Positions 50,022-61,381 of a DNA stretch of 64,000 nucleotides are shown one piece after another. The notes below the pieces were generated by a model that worked only from the letters and a program-made list of their open reading frames with translations, searched no databases and was not told the origin of the DNA. The DNA is from Sphagnum compactum (lineage: Eukaryota), in NCBI GenBank assembly GCA_965153455.1, contig OZ234493.1:32974213-33038212 (forward strand), in the 5' to 3' direction. Position numbers and translations under genes: made by a program. The number at the start of each line of letters is the position of its first letter. Within the stretch, counting starts at the first letter, position 1.

Positions 50022-53000
50022 GAGATGCATCTAAATTAGTGGCAAGGTGTAAACGTAGTGCACTTGTAAATTTAACATTAGGTGGAGTTCAAGTAGGAAG
50101 AGAACAATGCCACTATATATGACCAAAAGCAATGCAAATCTATAAAATGCCTTAGAACGCTGAACTTACAACAAATGAGTGAATGCTTGAGCATTAAACC
50201 TTAAACCTGTACTAGTTAGTTAAAAAAAGTGACACCTTTATGACATTATTTAAACGATATGATGTCACACCAAATTAAATTGATCAAAAAAGTGCCCACC
50301 TTTAAGATAGAGTTGGAACGGACTTGGGGAGCTTGAACAAACATCCAACCTACATTCCAACTATGTTTCTTTCAAAAATAATGATAGGCAATTTTATATC
50401 TATAATTGGTCATGTGTTTTGTAAAAAAAACCATGAACAGAATATAATTTTCCATGAGATATGGACTTTCAATTATTCATATGAGACAATAGTGAACCTC
50501 ACAAATTCAGAATTTATTTTATTGACAAAATTTTAATGCACATCACACTTAAACATGTCATTTAATTTTCTCCTTTTTTTTCAATTTTTATTGGCACTAC
50601 CTCATAACACTTATTGAGTCCACATGTCAAATATGTCTGTGTGACTAAAGTATGTTATAAGTTCAAAAGTTCACTATAGTGTCCACTTTCAAAAAAATTC
50701 ATCCTTATTTTTTTAATATGATTCCCATTGATGTCTATTATAACATGATTAATATAAAATTTTAAATATTAATGTTTAATATGATTTTACATGGTACTTT
50801 CATGTTGCAGTCCACATAAGTTGCAATTGTGATAGTCCATTTTGTCTCCCTAATTGTGCTTTAGGATCCTCAAACTAAGCTCTTATAAAAAAATCTCAAG
50901 ATGTATAACACAAAATGAACACTACAATGAGAACCACAATACAAAATTTGTCAAATTACATCCAAATTGGTCCATTCAACCATGCAATACACTCTCGACA
51001 ATTTAGACTCAAGACCAAGTTTGACTTGTAAGACTTGAATGATGTACAAGCTCATGTGCATCATCAAGCTCATGGTCTAGTCCTTGTATTTGTGCTTACA
51101 AAAGCAAAGGAGATTGTTTTGATGGGGTTGATGTTGTGCATGTAGTGAGGCACAAGTGCCATCACTCACATTCCACCTCCAAGTGAACCCACAACTTATG
51201 TTTATGGGGAGCACTTTGTTCATTTACGGTGGAGATGATTTAAGACGAACTTTAAAATCTCATTATTGTTCATCCACTAGTTTCATGAGATCACTGATAA
51301 AAGCATGTGCTTGGCAATGATCTAATAATGTAATATTTCATTAGGCATTACTTAATTGCCTTTCCGGATGACTGTATTGACTAGGTTTTTGCTGGGGTAG
51401 ATAACAAGACCCTTGACTCCTTCACAAGTACACTAACCACTAACCGTTTTTACAGACACCTTGTGAAAAAATTCCTCAGTCATGATAAGGCAAGTGAGGT
51501 GGCCCAAAACAATGTGATAAGAGCCTTTGTGGGCAATTAATTAGTAATATTTAGGCAACAGCATCCTAGTAGACTTAAGATGATTTTCACATGTTTGAAC
51601 TCTTTACCTCACTAGTGTAAAGCACAAGACATGAACATTATGTCCTGCATAGTGAAATTTTTTGTTGTGGATTGGGTGAAAATAGGTAGTACCAGTAGTA
51701 GCAGTCTGTGTCATCAGGCCACTAAAGACTCATTACTTACCATCTGGCCAGGGTGAACCAGCATCTACATTGGTGTTAGCTTCACCAGCTTCAGTGACAA
51801 GGTCTCTAAGAGTCTAAGTGGCTATATATTTAACCCAGGAATCGTGAAATTTAGACTTGGAGACTATAAATGAAATTTTCCAACTGATATTTATAACGTT
51901 TATAAGTTTTTGTGTTTTTCAGATTTTACTATGATTCCAGTACATTAGGTGCTGCTTCAACCCCAAGGCCTTCCTACCCATGATCTGCAAAACTATGGGC
52001 AAAATCACTACATTATTATGCGGTCAAAAATCACCTGCAACTATGAAAAATGTCAATCTAAATATAGCCACATAATAAGAGGAGCATGCACTTATAGGAT
52101 GAATGTTAAAAAGAAGGAATGGGCAAAGAATGGGCAACGAAGCTGCGCCTTGTACGACAAGAAGGTGCACGTTAGATGGCAGTATAAGCAGCCATAAGCA
52201 AAGGACATGTAGAAGAGCAGACAGCACATAACCAATGAGCAATGGTAGAGTAATAGATAACATACTTTGAACTTTCCTCTGCAAGGGGAAAAGCGTATCT
52301 TGTCCTCCATAGGAAGTTAAGAACTGGCTTATAGATGGCTAAATGGGGGATATAGTATTACTTAACAAGTGAGATGGAGGCGCAGTGGACTCAACTCAAT
52401 TCATGTGAATTGGAAAAATTGATGAGTCCATTGCATTCATTTTATTTTTTGTAGCGAAATTTTGCCATTTTGTGAAATTTATTTTGAATTTATTTGGGGT
52501 CACAAACCCCAGGTTTTTTAAAAATTAATTTGCAGAAAAATAAAATTTGATTGAAAATCGCCAAAAATCACCACAATTGCCTACAATATGAAACTTTGGT
52601 GCTTAAGATTTCTACTTTTATATCTTGAGTATTGCCAAATTTGACTAAATATACTTAGGGATGACCAAGCTACTTGACCAAATCACATAGTTGTTGAAAT
52701 AAAAAAACTAGTCCATTTAAAGGTAAGAGGCAGTGATTTTTTTTTCAAATTTCAGATGTTGAGTCACTGGCTAGCATCCCAAGAGGGATTAAGCATTAAC
52801 TGATGACAGGTAATTTTTCTGTCACCAGTTAATGCTGTCTAAACAATAAAAAAAAAGTAGTTTGAAAATAATTACTACTAAACTAAAAAGCAGAGTCCAA
52901 ATGTGGCGAAAATTTTCAAAAGAAATATTTTCCTCGAAATTTGGCGATTTTTTTCAGAGAAACGAGAAAAATATTTCCACAAAATTTCCCTTTTAAATTG

Positions 53001-54991
53001 TATTTTTCTCCTTTTTGGCGAAATTTTGCACCAAAAAGAACTGTTGAGGAGGAGAGACGGGGAAGGAGGGAGACGAATCGAAGGACGTGCGGCAGGCCCC
53101 ACTAAGAAGAAGAGGAAGACGCGTAGTTATATTTATTTATACACTATACACTTCAAACAACGCGCTTCCGGAGGCGCAGTTTTAGGGTCAACTGTGTTCC
53201 CTCTTTTTGCTGTTTTTTGGAGTGCCTAGCTATACGTACAACATAGTCAACTGGCCGCCCTAGATATCTAGCTGCTCCCGTGCAGTTTATAGCTTGTTGC
53301 TATAAAACAAGCTATACCCGCTTTTACACCATCCGCGCTTCCTTTTTACCTTACTAGATCTCCGCTCTTTCCATTCGTCATCCGGACGCTTCCTCATTTT
53401 TCTGACCTCTTTTGTGATCTAGGTACGTATCGTGGCCTTGGCCGTCTCTCTTGGCTCATGTGTTTTGTTTTTTTGTTCTATCTGAAGTAGTGCAACATTT
53501 CAAGCTCAAGCTTTCTGTATAGAGTCGTCTTGAAAGCCCCTCCGGTCGGTGTGTGTTTTTTCGCTAAATAATTACTGGGATCTCCACTTTCTTAGCTTCC
53601 AGGCATGAGCACTGGAATTTCCTTTCGTTCTTCCTTTGTGGAGTCCTCCTCCTCGACTTTTGGATACCAAGGTTAATCTGGCTAGCTGTTTGTGGTTCCA
53701 GAAATTTAACTCTGATAGTTTCTTCACAGATCGTCATACAGTTTTGATACAAGCAGCTGGTCACGGACCTCGTCGGATCTGTCTAATTTATTCAACACCC
53801 GGCCGCTGCTTCATTCTAGCTTCTTGTTTTACAAGCTGTATGTAGTTTTACACAAAATAAATTCATTCTTGTTTGGCCTCCTCTTTTTTGCATATCGTTG
53901 AGAGCGGTTTCAGATTGCTGTATGTGAGATTAAGGGACTCCTACCCTGTAGCTTCTGCTCTTGTTTCTACCCGATAAATACCCTAGTAGAAGCAATCTTT
54001 CAACTCTTGATCGAGTCCTTTTTTTTTTTCTTTTTCTTTTTTTTTCCCTTGGGGCTGGAGTGTTTGAGGGGCATAGGAATCGGCCTGTGGTTTGCCGTTC
54101 ATGGAGACCTGTTGTTGACTGCTGTCTATTTGATACTTGAGCAGGTGATCTTCGAATTTGAAGTTGGTAACGCTCCTTTGACCATTTCAACTTCTGTTAT
54201 TTATAAGGATTGCCCAGGTAGGGAGCGGACTGTAGCTTGTCGAGCTCTGGGACAAATGACCGTGCCTTTTGTTTGATGGCTTTGATCGAAGTTCGACGCT
54301 AGTACATCTGAAGCTCCCTGACAGGGTCCACATCTCCCAACAAGTCAATGAGAAAGTCGCGGTGTTACTATTTCCACAGTTTTGCGTTGCTTCTAGACTG
54401 AAGTGCTCTGGCACCGATCAAGTCGGCCAACTTTTTTGGTATGTGCGACCGATCTCATGCCAATCTGATAACGCCAACACTCCATATTTGTTTGTGAGGA
54501 ATTAGCGCAGTCCTATCTTAATCCTTGGAACCTCACAAATTGGTATCCTTTTTGTACCTGATTCCAGAAGCTAGACCAGCTTCACTACTGCGTTTCAGTG
54601 ATGGAATTAGTTTTTCTCACTTCACAATGTCCAAGCTTGTCTTGAGATATTTGCATGACTGCTTTGATTGGAAGTTCGTTGAAATCCGAATTTCTCGCTC
54701 CCAATTATCAATCCAGTACCCTCCCCCTCACAAGAGTTTCTGAGTTTCTACATTTGCCGTGAACCTTGACAACTACCGTGTAAATTTGTCGATCTCAGTT
54801 GCAGCAGCAGCAGCATTCCGCATAGGGGTTTTCAGGGTCCGGATGATTAGCGTTTCTGGAGAGCGAGAGAATTGAAGTGGATCCAGACCATCATCCAATA
54901 GCTAGGTGCAGCAACAGGTTGATCTATTTGCTCGGTTATCAGTAGACAGCGTTTTGGAAGCATTCTGTGAAAGTACTTCCATCTACGAGTC

Positions 54992-55564
54992 ATGGTGGGT
55001 AACCAAGGGCAGGTGAATTCCTCCACTCCTTGTGCTGCCTGCAAGCTCCTGCGCAGGCGATGCGCACAGGAGTGCCCTTTCTCGCCCTATTTCTCCCCGC
55101 ACGAGCCCCAAAAGTTCGCGTGCGTGCACAAGATATTCGGTGCTAGTAACGTCTCCAAGATGCTGATGGAGGTCCCTGAGAGCCAGCGCGCCGATGCCGC
55201 AAGCAGCTTGGTGTACGAGGCGAATGCTCGCATCCGCGATCCTGTATATGGGTGCATGGGTGCGATCTCCGCTCTGCAGCAGCAGGCGCAGTCACTGCAA
55301 GCCGAGCTCAACGCCGTGAGACAGGAGATCATGCGATACAGGCGTCATGAGAATGCGGTTGCGGATGCTGCAACAGCTGATGCAACTGCGGCAATGATGG
55401 TGCAGACTAGCGGATACCAAGGCCACAATCTTCACGATCGAGGCGTCGCCTCGATCCCCCTCTCCACACAGACAACACCTTCAGAGGCCTATACAGTTCC
55501 ATCCCCCAATAGCGTTACAACTCCAGATTTGAAGGAGCGCAGTTACTGGTCCCCTCTCAACTAG
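54992..55564 (+). CDS. LBD: Class I LOB-domain (LBD/ASL) transcription factor, LBD15/LBD13-like, 190 aa
   Basis: C-block CAACKLLRRRCAQEC (CX2CX6CX3C); GAS block FACVHKIFGASNV...DPVYG; leucine zipper LQQQAQSLQAELNAVRQEI. An in-frame TGA at 54968 fixes the start ATG. Confidence 0.95.
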   Translation: MVGNQGQVNSSTPCAACKLLRRRCAQECPFSPYFSPHEPQKFACVHKIFGASNVSKMLMEVPESQRADAASSLVYEANARIRDPVYGCMGAISALQQQAQSLQAELNAVRQEIMRYRRHENAVADAATADATAAMMVQTSGYQGHNLHDRGVASIPLSTQTTPSEAYTVPSPNSVTTPDLKERSYWSPLN

Positions 55565-56187
55565 TTTGGAGCTAACCAACGCCTTCCTTCAAATCTGACT
55601 AAACCTTCAAGGTTGTGCGTGCACCAGGTCAGCAGCTCATTGCAGTTCCATCACATTCACTTCTTCTATGAAATTAGTTAGAGAGCAAGAATTATATGCG
55701 TGTTTTGTGACTCTTCCTCCTTAGTTCTAATACTTAGAACTTTTCTGGACGCGGACACTAGAGGGACAATCAGGGTTGCTAATTTCTCCCTGCAAAATCT
55801 TGAGCTTGGTACCCCCCAGGGTTCCGGTCGGTAAAGAACTGCCGTCATTTTCCCTTTCTATTTTTCTGTTTCTTCTGAGGCGCGCGAGATCTTACTGACC
55901 AGTCGACAGGACTTTACATCTCGTAGGCGTCTTGTTTTTCAAGAACAGAGGCGTTTCTTTACGTGTGTGGAGGGTCTACAGTGCTGCTGCTGCCTAAAAT
56001 CCAGGAAGTGTCTAAATGTATCTAGACCCTTCTCCTATACATTCATTCTAGTTGAGACTCATCAGTCATTAACTGGTCGGCACATCACAATTCTCAGCAT
56101 GTACTCTAGCACAGAAATTAACAGTGGGAATTAAGCGTACGAAGTGCACTTGCAAGATGGTCAGGGCTTCACACAGCTAGGTAATAA

Positions 56188-56460
56188 CACAAGAAAAGTT
56201 TTTGGCAGTTCCTGAAGGGAAAAGAGTGGAAAGTTGAACCTCTCACGAATTATATTAAAGTTGAATTAACAAAACATAGGGAAAGTTCAAATCTCTCCAA
56301 AGAAATCGTGGGACCCATATTTCAATGTTTTGTTCTAATTTTCCCATTGTGAAACAGAGGGATCATTGTATTTTCCCATTGTCAAACAAACCATTTCATG
56401 TTTGCATAGGGTCAAGTTCTTCTTGATGGTCCCACAGGGAATCCCAAAAAATTTGGTTCG
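56188..56460 (+). mobile_element. MITE copy related to the one in GH3 intron 4
   Basis: Collinear with 16188-16417; carries an internal duplication of ATTTTCCCATTGT. Confidence 0.75.
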
Positions 56461-57509
56461 CTACAAATTGTCCAAATTTTCCTACTGTAGACAGTTGAGG
56501 AGTTATCTGAAACTTGCTGATGAGTTCAGCCTCGTGTGCACAAGTTTGTTGCTCGGTAGGGTGAAACAATTTGTTACGAATCACCACTACGCGCACCCAG
56601 CTTAAGCTTGTTGGGGTGGACGCAAACGCAGCAGGCTGAATAGACCAGTCTAGAGCAATTTGCAGTTGCCATTCTTTTTTGCAGCTTCTGATCTAGAGCA
56701 GAATATCAGTTCCAATATTTATTCTCGTTGGTGGATCGTATACTGATCTCTCAATACGCCATGACCCTCATGTGACTAAAGGTTGATTATATGTAGCAAA
56801 ATGGTGGAGAATCCCTTGGACGGACTTGCCATGAACTGCGGAAGGCCAGTTTCTTGTGTTTCAATCTGAACAGCACTGGAATTTGTCGCCGAGCCTAGGT
56901 ACTGACCAAGTCTTGATCGGGTCGACTTCTTAACAGGACCTGAGCTGTCAGGTTTGACACTAAATTTATTTTGGCTAGAGTTTGAGCTTTGTTTTCACAT
57001 TTCTAAATCCTGCGGGCTTAATTTTCAAATTCAAGAATTTCTGGACCCAGTTTTTGAACTTGGTCTCGTTCCATGTACGCACTAATAACCACACACTCCT
57101 CAAGACTGCGTATTGTATATTAGGTAGAGAAACTCTTAAGAGAATAAAATCTGGGGATGCATAGGTTGTAATTTTACAACTAATTAAAACCGATCAATTA
57201 CTTATAAAAAAGACTAATCAAGATTTTTTTTAAAAGCAGATTCCTTTACCTAAAGAACCGATTTTATTTTTTTCAAGATTTCGATTTTGATTCTGATTCT
57301 TGCAAAAGGCTAGTTCTAGGGTCTGGTCCTTGTGCAGGTTAAAAGGTCAAGTGAACCTGAACTTGAACCCCTGGGTTTGACTCTCCAAACAGGAGAACCT
57401 GCCAATGCTGTTGCTGAGCCTTACTTTTGTGTATTCTATTTACGAGATTTAAATGTTTTCCTTACATTAAGTAGACCAGAAGAGCAGATTGATCATCAAA
57501 GATAGGACC

Positions 57510-57550
57510 ATTGTTGAAGGGTGGGAACACCATTCCCACCCTTCAACAAT
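57510..57550. repeat. Perfect 18-bp inverted repeat, 5-nt loop
   Basis: ATTGTTGAAGGGTGGGAA cacca TTCCCACCCTTCAACAAT. Confidence 0.92.
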
Positions 57551-60439
57551 AATCCACATGCTACCTAACACCTACAGCAGCTGAATCCTACGTACAATCG
57601 ACTACTCATGCAGTCTACTTACACAGATGAGCTCATGATCATAAAAATCAAACCCTAAATATTATTGTGACCTTAGAAAGCACGATCAAGAATGAGGTTT
57701 TAGTCTCCCCAATTTTGCAACATGGTGAGTCCGGTAACAGTTCTCTTCTTGTCAATTCTGTTTCGCAATCTGGTTGCCGTTTAGAATTTAAAACTCATTT
57801 AACATCGTCACCCCTAGCTGGTTATATGAAATCGTTCTACAGATTGACGCATACATTCCTAGTCGTGGACGTTGTATCTTACGGCCAGTCACGTTGTCCG
57901 TGTTAAACAACGAAACATTCGTGTTTGTACATATCCCCTGATCCTTGCTTGTACGGTGCGTACCTTACGCCATGTGCAGCACCCCTGCAGGCTACGTTCT
58001 TGACAAAGTAGCGCACGCTGCCAGACCGAACTCATGGACATGCCGTGACGAACGCGAATCCAATTCGGGATACTCACAGGTTTATAATGATTGTGCACTT
58101 GTTCTACGGCTTACACAGTATTGAATACTGGTCAATGTCACAAGCACGGCCTGAGCTGACAACTGCAAATTGAGTGCACATCATGGTGGGCCCGATCTCG
58201 AGTTTCATCCGTTTTGCTTACTCAATTGATGTATTGAACTTGTCTAAATATCTGAGAAATTAGAGCTCCCGGTGATATTAATTAGTCTTTAGGTGGACCT
58301 GCAATCGTACTGTGAACTGTTTGATTACGTCCGTTGTGGCCATATTCAATGTCGGTCGGTCGAGATAGTCAAATTGAAATGACGCCGGAGTTGGAGATGT
58401 TGTTGCGTCTAGTCCGCAGTGCTGCTGCCGTCAACTGGCCGGATCCACGATTGTGTTACCAACTCTGGTTTCTGTTTAAAAGCGGCAATTTTTCAACGCT
58501 AGCTTTCAAATTTTTCTGAAGTTTTTTGAGGCTTCTTGTACAAGGACTATTTGGCTTTCGTCTCAGCCTGCTGTGAGACATTGATTGTCATTCAAGTCTT
58601 GAGCACAGTGAAAATGTCACAGGATTTACTGATGTTGGTTCAGAGCCCGGTTCAATATAATGTCGAATCAATGGTCAAGCTAGAAGCACAGCAGCTTGTC
58701 ATTGAAGAATGCGTCCAGTCCAACTTTTTTTCAAAGCTTGAGGTAACAAAATTGAAGCCTAATTGCAGCTGTACTGCCCGCAGTTTCCACTCAAATGCGG
58801 GTAAAGTAACCTAGTCACAGATTAAATGCATCCCCTAAGGAATGGCAATCCTGATTAGAATCCACTGTGGACTTATAACCCCGTGTCATTTGACATCTTA
58901 CCTTCGACGAACTCCAGTTGCAGCGGACAGCTTCCGGCCATCTGGAGATATCTTAGGTTTGTCGCACTCTTGACGTACTCAATCTCTCTCTCTGTGCTGT
59001 CTTGACAACATCAATAATGCATTTGATCCGCAAACTAAAGCACTTGACGGAACATTCCATGATCAGTACTACTTATACTCATTCATTGCTCAGGTAATGA
59101 TTAATATTTGCAATAAATAATCTTGTTCGGAATCTAAGTGTAATCATTGTTAGCAGAACCCTTGACTATATTGCTCGTTTTACAACACCCAGGTGTCATG
59201 ATGGTAATTCTGGAGGGTTTCGTAGATCATACAAAGACGTGCATGCGTTTGCAAAACCACTATTTTATCATTTCCTGGTAGCATGCTATTCATATAAGTT
59301 GAGTTAATTGTGACCTGGGACCACGGTGCCGGAGCTTCCCTAGTTTTCATGATCCCCTAAAAGCTAAAGCTTAAGCTTCATCGACAAGAATGCATCTTTC
59401 CACAAAAATCAAGGAAAATTTCTAGATGCAGGTGGACCCATCTCTCTGCGGCCCATATGAATTTTTCTTCACAAACCGCCGTCTTCTCTAAGGAGACATG
59501 TTCCGCTACCCGGTAATTCCTTAGTAGATACAACACGCTAAATGCCCCATAACGAGCACACTGCCCGGAGTCGCACTATTTTGCCGCAGGATTTGACTGG
59601 TTTGACACTGCATTCACTCAGTATGGGAAAGTATGCTGATGGCGGCAGGTATCCTTACCCTATAATGAGAGGACGTGGTGGTCGATTCTAAACTGGTGTG
59701 AGACCGCAGAAGCGCTTCGACATTCCCGGACAGAGTTCGATAGGGGTATTTACTAGGGCCAAGCTAAAATGCCACTTGCATAGATGGAGTACAAGGCTAT
59801 AATTTTCAAGGGGCGATGTTCGCATCGGTCCATACTCGGCGCGCTTTAGCTGCATATACAGATCGAACATCTAATTTTAGACATTCCAGATCGGAAGCAA
59901 CAAATTTATATTGCTTGTCCTATAACTGCTAACGGAGATCCCAATTTAAATAAAAAAGTCAAGCAACAATTTACTTGGTGATAAATTCATATGACTTGTG
60001 TACCTAGTCGGACCTGCTGCTCTCGACTAGAATCTAGAACTTTGCTTCCAAAAGAAAAACACGAGCTGCCAGTGGTGGCATGATCTATCTATTGCTGCTG
60101 ACAATGCCGTGCATGGTCGTGCATCATTGACTTTTTTGGGGTTTCAAGATTCTTTCTTCCTCTTTTTTCAACAGGACACTGGTGATCTTATCAGCATATT
60201 TTTGACGCGCGGAATTTCGCAAATAAGCGAAATTAAAAATTCGAATTTGAATTGACTTTTGAGGGGTTCAATGGCCAAAAGATGGAAAAAATATATATAG
60301 TAAAAATCGACAGATTTTTTATTTTTATTTTTTCAGTATGTAGTCAATAAAAACTATAGAAGAATAATTAAAGTTCTACTTCATGTCGTGTTTATGATAG
60401 CACTATGGAGAGTTCTTTACTTGCAGTTATAAAAATTAA

Positions 60440-60846
60440 ATTAGACTAGTTCTGGTTTTGGTTACTCTTGGAAATGGAATGGGGAACCCAGTTCTGAGTC
60501 TGGTTCTTTAAAATAAAATTTTAAAAATCCATTTCAGTTTTTCTAATCCAGTTCTGGGTAACTTGAACTGAATCCAACAGTTAACTCTGATGATTGTAGT
60601 TATTTTTTCCAGATACAATTCCCCAAAAAATTCAATTCCAGTTTTGGTTCCACACATAAATAGAACCAGGAATACAGTTCCAATTTTGGAATTGGAAAAA
60701 AAAACTCCAATTCTGCTTTTGGAACTGGTTCTGGTTCTGGATCCAGTTCCAAAAATCAGAACCAATTTCAGTTTTGCTTTTACTAACCTCAACCAGAACC
60801 AGCTGTTCTAATCAGCCCAAAGCTGGGGTACCTGCTCAACACTGGT
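60440..60846. mobile_element. GGTTC/GAACC-rich dispersed element (relatives at ~5050-5390, 21060-21600, 45500-45800, 57000-57410, 61743-62100, 62677-62870)
   Basis: Many CCAGTTCT/GGTTCTGG/GAACC sub-repeats. A CAACACTG/CAGTGTTG-type terminus occurs here, at 61743, and in variant form at the other loci. Confidence 0.5.
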
Positions 60847-61184
60847 TTACAGCTTCAGATTTAGGAAGATTTAGCCAAATTGGGACCTCCATAAACTAGT
60901 CTGCTGCTAAAGTCTAGGTTAAATCTGCTACACTTTGTGCAAAGTAAATCAATCAAGACTACAAAATGAAATTCATTAGGAAATGCATTTTGGACCATAT
61001 GGAGTCTTTGCCGAGTTCCCATAGTCCACTGCATATTCGAAAAAAAAATAAAGAACTTCCCCAATATCAATTTTGCATGGATTGCAAACTTCTTGTCAAA
61101 AATGGGTCCCCCAAATACCCCTCCTTCCCAATTCCCAAATCTAGCAAATTTCAAACTTTTGGATTGAAAACTCCACCATGGTGT

Positions 61185-61381
61185 GGAGCTCTCTGCTCTG
61201 GGACACAGCAGTTCGCCGAGCAGGGCAGCAGGAAAGGCTGGGTGGTAGCACAACTTGGGAAGCACCTCACTACTACCCAGCCAGGTGCTTGGCAGTTTGT
61301 GCTACCACCCAGCCTTTCATGGTGCCCCCCTGCCTGGCGAACTGCTGTATCCCCTTGGGGCATAGTGCCAAGGGCAGCTCC
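61185..61381. repeat. GC-rich ~200-nt foldback (long inverted repeat)
   Basis: 61232-61253 pairs perfectly (22 bp) with 61297-61318. 61200-61217 pairs 17/18 with 61336-61353. AAGCACCT/AGGTGCTT closes the loop. GGAGCT/AGCTCC at the outer ends. Confidence 0.85.

Noticed and set aside
51920..52330. Coding-like segment after a TTTTTCAG acceptor (82-aa ORF)
   Set aside because: No recognisable homology and no consistent exon chain.
13244..55564. GH3 + LBD as an auxin-related gene cluster
   Set aside because: The genes are ~38 kb apart and separated by an unrelated gene and transposon debris; no shared regulatory evidence beyond one MITE family.
59489..59670. Bacterial-looking signals (AAGGAG-ATG, TTGACA, TATAAT)
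   Set aside because: The spacing is wrong for a sigma70 promoter, the ORF is only 8 codons, and the context is eukaryotic.
59640..59720. GAGAGGAC and GTGAGAC words reminiscent of LSU rRNA (sarcin-ricin region)
   Set aside because: Only 7-8-nt matches, in the wrong context and order; no extended rRNA similarity.
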